Source: an archaeon GW2011_AR15 (lineage in GTDB: Archaea > Nanobdellota > Nanobdellia > Woesearchaeales > GW2011-AR15). Taken from it: DNA of 64,000 nt. Positions within the stretch are counted from its first letter, which is position 1. Each line of letters starts with the position of its first letter. Below the pieces are notes generated by a model that worked only from the letters and a program-made list of their open reading frames with translations, did not search any database and was not told where the DNA came from. Below are positions 57,859 to 64,000 of this stretch, piece after piece. The stretch spans positions 416,001-480,000 of the forward strand of contig CP010425.1 of assembly GCA_000830295.1 (NCBI GenBank), in the 5' to 3' direction. Made by a program: the position numbers and the translations under genes.

Positions 57859-58791
57859 ATGATTGACAGGAACAAAGTGCTTTCTATTGTTAAGCTAAAA
57901 GGGCCGGTGCTTCCAATGGAGGTTGCAAAAGAGGTCGGCAGCGACACGATTTTCACAGGGGCGGTCCTCAGCGAACTCCTTGACAAAAAACTCATCAAAA
58001 TAAGCTCTGCAAAAATAGGCGGAAGCCCGGTTTATTATGCAGAAGGACAGGAAGAAAGGCTCCACAGGCTCTATAATTATCTGAATGAAAAGGACAGGCG
58101 CGCATATGACCTGTTGAAGCAGCAAAAGATAATCAATGACTCAGAGGCAGATCCCCTTCTCAGAGTCGCGCTTAGGAGTATAAAGGATTTTGCAAAGGCA
58201 CTTGAAGTAAATATGGACGGGGAGAAGATAATTTTCTGGAAATGGTATTTATTATCTGGAGCAGATGCAGAAAGAATAATAAGGGAAAAGCTTGGTATCA
58301 GGCAGGCTGAGCCAGAAGAGAGGAAAACAGAAGAGCCAAAAGAATCAAAAAAAGAGCCAGAGCAGAGAAAAGCCCAGAGAGAAGAAAGGAAAGAGGAGAA
58401 AAAAGAGACCCTGCCTGAGAAGAAAGAAGAGCAGAAAAAGCTTGAGAAAGAGGATACAGATGAAGGCGGCCACGAGCTCCTTGCAGATGTAAAGAAAGTT
58501 TTCAGGGAGAAAGGGATTGAAGTTCTTGAAACCGCAGTTATAAGGAAGAATTCAGACATAGAGATGACTATAAAAGTGCCCTCCCAGGTCGGCAGGCTGA
58601 CATATTTCTGCAAGATAAGAAACAAGAAGAAAAGCAATGACAAGGACCTCAGCAGTGTCTATGTCGACGGCCAGGTAAAAAAACTCCCTGTATTGTATGT
58701 GACCACGGGGGAGCTGACAAAGAAGGCGCTTGAGAAATTAGAGAACGAATTCAAGATGATATCTGTACTATACCTGAAAAATGGGAACTAA
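57859..58791 (+). CDS. Conserved hypothetical protein (N-terminal wHTH-like, charged linker, C-terminal alpha/beta domain)
   Basis: 310-aa ORF overlapping the fen start. Confidence 0.8.
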   Translation: MIDRNKVLSIVKLKGPVLPMEVAKEVGSDTIFTGAVLSELLDKKLIKISSAKIGGSPVYYAEGQEERLHRLYNYLNEKDRRAYDLLKQQKIINDSEADPLLRVALRSIKDFAKALEVNMDGEKIIFWKWYLLSGADAERIIREKLGIRQAEPEERKTEEPKESKKEPEQRKAQREERKEEKKETLPEKKEEQKKLEKEDTDEGGHELLADVKKVFREKGIEVLETAVIRKNSDIEMTIKVPSQVGRLTYFCKIRNKKKSNDKDLSSVYVDGQVKKLPVLYVTTGELTKKALEKLENEFKMISVLYLKNGN

Positions 58792-59800
58792 CCTCAGCAC
58801 GATAATAGTGTCAAAAGAGATTACCCTGTCAGACCTTTCCGGAAAGCCTCTTGCAGTTGATGCATACAACCTTCTTTACCAGTTTATCACAACAATAAGG
58901 CAGCCGGACGGCACGCCTCTTATGGACTCCAAAGGGAATATAACAAGCCACCTTTCAGGCCTCTTTTTCAGGGTGACAAAGCTCATGAACAGCAACATAA
59001 AGCTGGCATTTGTGTTTGACGGAAAGCCGCCGGAGCTGAAGAAAGAAGAGATTGAGAGGAGAAAAGAGGTAAAGCAGGACGCCCAGAGGAAATATGAGAA
59101 GGCGGTTGAGGAAGAGGACATTGAGCTGATGAGAAAGTATTCGGCAAGGACAGCAAGGCTTACCCAGGAAATGATTGATGAATCCAAAGAGCTTGTTGCT
59201 GCACTGGGGCTTCCTGTAATCCAGGCGCCTTCAGAGGGAGAGGCGCAGGCATCATACATGGCAAAAAAAGGGGACGTATACGGCATAGTCAGCCAGGACA
59301 CAGACGGGATGCTGTTCGGCAGCCCTATAATTATAAAAAACCTCTCTATAACAGGCAGGAGAAAAATAAGGGAGGCATACCATAAAGTCCTGCCTGAACA
59401 GATTTCACTTTCCGACAACCTTAATGAGCTCGGGCTGGATCAGGAACAGCTTATCATTGTTGCGATGCTTTGCGGCACAGACTTCAATGTGGGAGGAGTT
59501 AAGGGGATTGGACCGAAAAAGGCGCTCGCTCTTGTGAAGAAGCATAAAAAGGATTTCAATAAGGTTTTTGAAGAAGCGAAATGGAGCGAGTTTTTTGAGT
59601 ATCCCTGGAAAAAAGTTTTCAGCACAATAAAAAATATTCCGACGACAGATGAGTATAGCCTGAAATGGGGGGCAGTTGACAGGGAAAAAATCTATGAAAT
59701 ACTTGTTGAAAGGCACGAATTCCTGAAGGAAAGAATTGACAGCTCAATTTCAGGAGTTTCAAAGAAACAGGCCCAGAAAGGCCTTTCAGACTTTTTTTGA
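58781..59800 (+). CDS. fen: Flap endonuclease 1
   Basis: DAYNLLYQF..IRQPDG, APSEGEAQA, GTDFN..GIGPKKA, C-terminal PIP box QKGLSDFF. Confidence 0.98.
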   Translation: MGTNLSTIIVSKEITLSDLSGKPLAVDAYNLLYQFITTIRQPDGTPLMDSKGNITSHLSGLFFRVTKLMNSNIKLAFVFDGKPPELKKEEIERRKEVKQDAQRKYEKAVEEEDIELMRKYSARTARLTQEMIDESKELVAALGLPVIQAPSEGEAQASYMAKKGDVYGIVSQDTDGMLFGSPIIIKNLSITGRRKIREAYHKVLPEQISLSDNLNELGLDQEQLIIVAMLCGTDFNVGGVKGIGPKKALALVKKHKKDFNKVFEEAKWSEFFEYPWKKVFSTIKNIPTTDEYSLKWGAVDREKIYEILVERHEFLKERIDSSISGVSKKQAQKGLSDFF

Positions 59801-59836
59801 ATTACTTTTTTAAATCCAGATATAGTTCTAGACAGC

Positions 59837-60844
59837 ATGCTTGCAGTAAAAGTCGAATTAAAAGATGCAGAGAAAGTAAAGAGAGAGATGATAGCCAAAG
59901 GCATATATGACAAAAATTACAAGCCAAAGAAGACAAAGACACACATTTTCTTTCCGGTCCAGGAAAAGCCAATGCCCCCGGCACTGAAAAAAGCAGTTGT
60001 CAAGACAAAGCTGAAAAAGACAGAACCAGAAGATTATAAAAAAATGCTCCTGGCCAGCATCCCAAAAGGTGTCAGTCTTCCCGCCTCATATGATATTGTC
60101 GGCGACATAATTATATTGGAGATAAAAGAGGACCAGGAAAAATACGAGAAGGAGATTGCCGGGGTACTTCTGAAAGCCCATAGGAACGTGAAGACAATCC
60201 TGAAGAAAGCCGGGATTCACGGAGGGGAATTCAGAACCCAGAAACTTAAGTGCCTTGCCGGAGAAAACAAAAAAGAGACCACATACACGGAGAACGGAGC
60301 AAGAATGAAGCTTGATGTTGAAAAAACTTATTTTTCATCCAGGCTTGCAACAGAAAGAAAAAGGATTGCAGCGCAGGTAAAAAAGAAAGAGAAAATTCTT
60401 GTCATGTTTTCAGGCATAGGCGTCTATCCCCTGGTTATATCCAAAAACACACCAGCCAGAAAGATAGTCGGGATAGAGAAAAACCCGGTTGCGCATAAAT
60501 ATGCAGAACAGAACCTGAAGCTGAACAAAGCAGTTAATATTGCACTGTATAAAGGAGATGTCAGGAAAATAGTGCCGAAGCTGAAAGAGAAATTTGACAG
60601 AATAATAATGCCCCTCCCGAAGGAGGCAGCAGGGTTCCTTGATGTTGCAGAGAAAGCATGGAAGAAGGGCACAATAGTCCATCTCTACGGATTCTCGCAC
60701 CAGGATAATCTGGATGAGACAGAGAAAGAAGTCAGAAAATTCTGCAAGGCTAACAAAATAAAGGCGGGGATAATCAGGACCATAACCTGCGGCCAGTATT
60801 CACCAAGAAAATATCGTGTCTGCGTGGATTTTAAGATAAAATAG
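59837..60844 (+). CDS. trm5: Trm5-family tRNA methyltransferase
   Basis: YDIVGDI, GEFR, YFSSRLATER, MFSGIG, DRIIMPLP. Confidence 0.9.
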   Translation: MLAVKVELKDAEKVKREMIAKGIYDKNYKPKKTKTHIFFPVQEKPMPPALKKAVVKTKLKKTEPEDYKKMLLASIPKGVSLPASYDIVGDIIILEIKEDQEKYEKEIAGVLLKAHRNVKTILKKAGIHGGEFRTQKLKCLAGENKKETTYTENGARMKLDVEKTYFSSRLATERKRIAAQVKKKEKILVMFSGIGVYPLVISKNTPARKIVGIEKNPVAHKYAEQNLKLNKAVNIALYKGDVRKIVPKLKEKFDRIIMPLPKEAAGFLDVAEKAWKKGTIVHLYGFSHQDNLDETEKEVRKFCKANKIKAGIIRTITCGQYSPRKYRVCVDFKIK

Positions 60845-60851
60845 AAAAGCA

Positions 60852-60920
60852 CATGCTCAGCAGTTACTACCCTTCTTCATCCTTGCGTCAGCGGGTGTTC
60901 ACCTAATCATCGCATGCATC
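60852..60920 (-). ncRNA. C/D-box methylation guide sRNA
   Basis: Minus strand: GCGAUGA (C) - UUAGGUGAACACCCG - CUGA (D') - AGGAUGA (C') - AGAAGGGUAGUAACUG - CUGA (D); AUGC/GCAU terminal complementarity; own TATA-like TTTTTAAAA about 20-25 bp upstream. Confidence 0.85.
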
Positions 60921-60948
60921 ATATGAGAATGAGTATTGTTTTAAAAAC

Positions 60949-62094
60949 TTAACCAAACATGTTCTTGTATTCCTTTGCTTCTGAATCTTCCTGTTCTTTG
61001 ACCTTCTCCACAGCCCTTACAAAATCACTCTCAGTAACCCTGTCCCTGTTGTCCCTTATTGCAAAATACCCTGCCTCCGTGCATACGGCCCGTATCTCTG
61101 CTCCTGAGAAATCATCCATCAGGCTGTAAAGCTTTTCCTTATTTACTGAATCGGTGCTCATATTTTTTGAATGTATCTTGAATATCTCTTTTATGCCTTC
61201 TCTGTCAGGCAGAGGGACATTCACCATCCTGTCAAGCCTTCCCGGTCTTGTTACTGCAGGGTCAAGTATATCCCTTCTGTTTGTGCAGCCTATTATCTTT
61301 ACATTGCCTAATGGCTCAAATCCGTCAATTTCTGCAAGAAGCTGCATGAAAGTCCTCTGCACTTCCCTTTCTCCTGATGTGCCGATATCAACCCTTTTTG
61401 CGGCAAGAGCATCTATCTCATCAATAAAAACAATTGAAGGTGCCTTTTCCTTGGCAAGCTGGAAAATTTCTTTCACAAGCTTTGCACCCTCTCCTATAAA
61501 TTTCTGGACGAGCTCAGAACCGACAACTTCTATGAATGTGCTGTCTGTTGCATTAGCGACTGCCTTTGCCAGGATTGTCTTTCCTGTTCCCGGAGGGCCA
61601 AACAGCAAAACTCCCTTTGGAGGAGTTATGCCAATCTTTTTGAATATCTCGGGCCTCTTAAGCGGAAGCTCAACAACCTCTTTCAGTTCCTGTATCTGCT
61701 TATCAAGCCCGCCGATCTCCGCGAAGGTAAGTTCGGGCTTTTCAAGTATTACAAAGCGCTCAACATTGAATCCCTTTGTGCCCTGTATTTTCCTCAGGAT
61801 ATTGAGATTCTTCTGGTCAACAAGCACGTTGTCTCCTGCCCTAAGCCTTCCGCAGGATTCTGAAATGCATACAAAGAACTGGTTGCCATTAGGGACTTTT
61901 ATGATGGCATTCTTGCCCATTATTTCCATTATCTCGCACATCATCAGAGGGGGGGTCCTGAACCTGTCAATCTCATTCTTAAGATGGTTGACGGTTTCCC
62001 TCAGTATCTTGTTCTCCTCTTCAAGGTCTGAAAGATTGGTAGAATAGGTAAACATCACATTGGATATTTCGTCTCCGCCGCTGTTGCTCCCCAT
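60949..62094 (-). CDS. pan: Proteasome-activating nucleotidase
   Basis: Coiled coil and OB domain, GPPGTGKT, FIDEIDA, GEREVQRT, RPGRLDR. Confidence 0.96.
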   Translation of the reverse strand: MGSNSGGDEISNVMFTYSTNLSDLEEENKILRETVNHLKNEIDRFRTPPLMMCEIMEIMGKNAIIKVPNGNQFFVCISESCGRLRAGDNVLVDQKNLNILRKIQGTKGFNVERFVILEKPELTFAEIGGLDKQIQELKEVVELPLKRPEIFKKIGITPPKGVLLFGPPGTGKTILAKAVANATDSTFIEVVGSELVQKFIGEGAKLVKEIFQLAKEKAPSIVFIDEIDALAAKRVDIGTSGEREVQRTFMQLLAEIDGFEPLGNVKIIGCTNRRDILDPAVTRPGRLDRMVNVPLPDREGIKEIFKIHSKNMSTDSVNKEKLYSLMDDFSGAEIRAVCTEAGYFAIRDNRDRVTESDFVRAVEKVKEQEDSEAKEYKNMFG

Positions 62095-62141
62095 CTTTAT
62101 CAAGGATAGAAAATATATTAATAAATCTTATGTATAAACTA

Positions 62142-63893
62142 TCAGAGGACAAAAGCCCCGGATTTTATTATCCAGTGCCTGTTTTTCTTTTTGTCTACGC
62201 CATAGATATCCAGTTTCTGCCTTGGAGAGTCTATGACAACATCCATATGATATTCTGTCGCGGCGTCTACTTCAAAACCAGAGCCAAAGGCGACATGGAT
62301 CATATTGGCAATCTTCTCATTGACTATCAGGTAATCGCACAGCCTGGCGCTCGGGCTTGTGTTTATGGCGAACTCACCGACGTGGTTAAAATTCCTTTTT
62401 TTCAGCTCAATTATTTCCTTATCCAGGGATTTGTTCTTTTCCTGCTCAAGGATGGTTTTCCACGCATCCCTTTTTCTTTTTCTGAAGGCGTCACCAACAA
62501 TTTTCGGGGCGCTGATTAATTTATAGCCGTTCTTTTCCGCCTCGACAATGAACAGATTGTCTTTGTCAAGCCTGTAGCTCCTGTCAACATTTATTATGAC
62601 ATCCCCAACAATCCTCCCGATAACATATGTTGGTGTTGTAAATGCCTCCCCGCCCGGGATATTGGCCATCATGCCGGTTTTCTTCTTCATTATTTTTAGT
62701 ATCTGCGGCTCGATAATGTATCTGGCGTCCGAATCGCTGTCCATTATAAGCCTTCTTGTCCCGTCTTTTTTCACTAAGCCGACTTCGAAATCACAGCCGT
62801 TTTTTATGTTGCTCCTGACGACAATTTTTTCACATTTTTCCATGATTGCAGCGATTTCCCTGTTCCTTGCCCTCATCTTCTTGTAGTCGACAAGTGTGCT
62901 GTCAACAAAGATATCAATCGGGACAGTAGAGGTGAATGCCAGTCTTGTCCTCGGCGGCCTCGGGTCAACCATTGCCTGCGGATACCAGTGGAATTTGTAT
63001 ATTATCCCGCCGGGAGAATTCCATTTTGTCTTGAGGTCCGGGCTCGGGTATCCAATCATTTCTCCAAAAAGATGCTTTCCGTGGTATCCTTTCCCTGAAA
63101 TAAAGAATGAGGCCTCGTTTGTCTTTATCCTGTCAAGCCTAAGTGCCTTTGAAAGCTTCTTGTATGCTTTGAAGACAGGCAGTTTTATGTCTTTTGAAAG
63201 CTCCAGCCCAAGCAGCGTGGTTGAAAGCTCAGAGACCTTTTCAGGCACATCCCTGAGCCCGGACCTCGGAGTGGAGGCCTTTATTGATATTGATCTGCAG
63301 AATTTTGAAGAGAGGAACATGTCATAGGCAATAGCATAGGAATCCATGTAATCCTGCAGAGGGTGTGCCAGGAATTCCTTCTCCCTTATCAGCTCAAACC
63401 CTATTCCGAATTTCTCTGATTTCTTGATGGCAAACACATTTTCTACAACAGCGTCTGTTGTTTTCTTTAATTTTACTGCCATAAAGGGCCTGAACCATTT
63501 TGTTTTGTATGCCAGCTTCAGATCGCCCTCAAAACCTTTTGCTCCGACCTTCAGGATTAAATCCGGCTTTTCAAAAAACTTCTCCAGCCCCTTTATGTTT
63601 GCTTTGTCAAAGACCTCTCGCAGGGCTTTTTCAGCGGCTCCAGATTTCTTTGCCAGAAGGTTTTCATATGTTTTCCAGACATCAAACAGCACTTCATAAC
63701 CTTTGTTTTTGTAGCCCATTGAGACATGCATGTCCATCTTGAGTTCTGATGCTGCCCTGGAAAAAGGGGCGAATGAGAAAAAGGCATCCCGGTTTATCTT
63801 GCCGCAGACAAAAATATTTTTTGCCTTTTCCTTTCCTAAGGCTTTTTTATAATACGCGACTTCCTTATCAAATATTTCCTTGTTATATCTCAT
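62142..63893 (-). CDS. Divergent M29 (aminopeptidase T)-like metallopeptidase
   Basis: C-terminal NIPGGEAF, GEFAI, NEK...HVAFG and HMDVV motifs; long unrecognised N-terminal half. Confidence 0.65.
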   Translation of the reverse strand: MRYNKEIFDKEVAYYKKALGKEKAKNIFVCGKINRDAFFSFAPFSRAASELKMDMHVSMGYKNKGYEVLFDVWKTYENLLAKKSGAAEKALREVFDKANIKGLEKFFEKPDLILKVGAKGFEGDLKLAYKTKWFRPFMAVKLKKTTDAVVENVFAIKKSEKFGIGFELIREKEFLAHPLQDYMDSYAIAYDMFLSSKFCRSISIKASTPRSGLRDVPEKVSELSTTLLGLELSKDIKLPVFKAYKKLSKALRLDRIKTNEASFFISGKGYHGKHLFGEMIGYPSPDLKTKWNSPGGIIYKFHWYPQAMVDPRPPRTRLAFTSTVPIDIFVDSTLVDYKKMRARNREIAAIMEKCEKIVVRSNIKNGCDFEVGLVKKDGTRRLIMDSDSDARYIIEPQILKIMKKKTGMMANIPGGEAFTTPTYVIGRIVGDVIINVDRSYRLDKDNLFIVEAEKNGYKLISAPKIVGDAFRKRKRDAWKTILEQEKNKSLDKEIIELKKRNFNHVGEFAINTSPSARLCDYLIVNEKIANMIHVAFGSGFEVDAATEYHMDVVIDSPRQKLDIYGVDKKKNRHWIIKSGAFVL

Positions 63894-64000
63894 TTTATTA
63901 TCACTAGCTCCTTTTTTGACTTTGTCAATATCTTCAGCCTGCTATTCTTCAGGACAACAGTGTCCTCCACCCTTATCCCGTATTTTCCCGGAAAATAAAG
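63890..64000 (-). CDS. M24 Xaa-Pro aminopeptidase, C-terminal part (5' end outside the window)
   Basis: Manual translation LYFPGKYGIRVEDTVV...LTK. Confidence 0.75.
   Translation of the reverse strand, partial: LYFPGKYGIRVEDTVVLKNSRLKILTKSKKELVIIK

Noticed and set aside
58300-58460. Purine-rich quasi-repeats (also in the rps3 and rpl32e tails)
   Set aside because: Low-complexity Lys/Glu coding linkers, not DNA repeat elements
1-64000. CRISPR array, tRNA or rRNA genes
   Set aside because: No regularly spaced repeats, T-loop/cloverleaf signatures or rRNA-like tracts seen by eye; intergenic gaps are short

Overview
This window is archaeal chromosomal DNA, most likely DPANN (Woesearchaeota-like). 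That placement is inferred from the fused PriS-PriL primase, the N-terminally extended uS14 and the gene order. From left to right it holds: a glycosylation cluster with aglB; the complete rpl3-to-secY ribosomal superoperon (minus strand); and a ~7 kb AT-rich accessory island (MTase-Mrr fusion, a second MTase coupled to a DGQHR protein, HEPN-MNT and AbrB-VapC toxin-antitoxin pairs). Next come replication and transcription genes (RPA2-like, mcm, tbp, fused primase), a trio of related unknown coiled-coil genes, nrdR, and an HTH-sufCBDS operon beside a UbaA-SAMP-TtuA tRNA thiolation module. The right part has PolD DP2/DP1 and cdc6 with an adjacent oriC, then trmB, hjc, rnz, endA, fen, trm5, pan and peptidases. 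The best unannotated signals are: a C/D-box guide sRNA predicted to target 23S U2552; the MTase+DGQHR candidate defence system; the coiled-coil trio; two start-duplicating hairpin insertions (vapC, rpl24); a primase C-terminal domain with no cysteines; a Cys-rich candidate suf repressor with a palindromic operator; and a structured rpl3 leader. All calls come from motif recognition by eye; no database searches were run.
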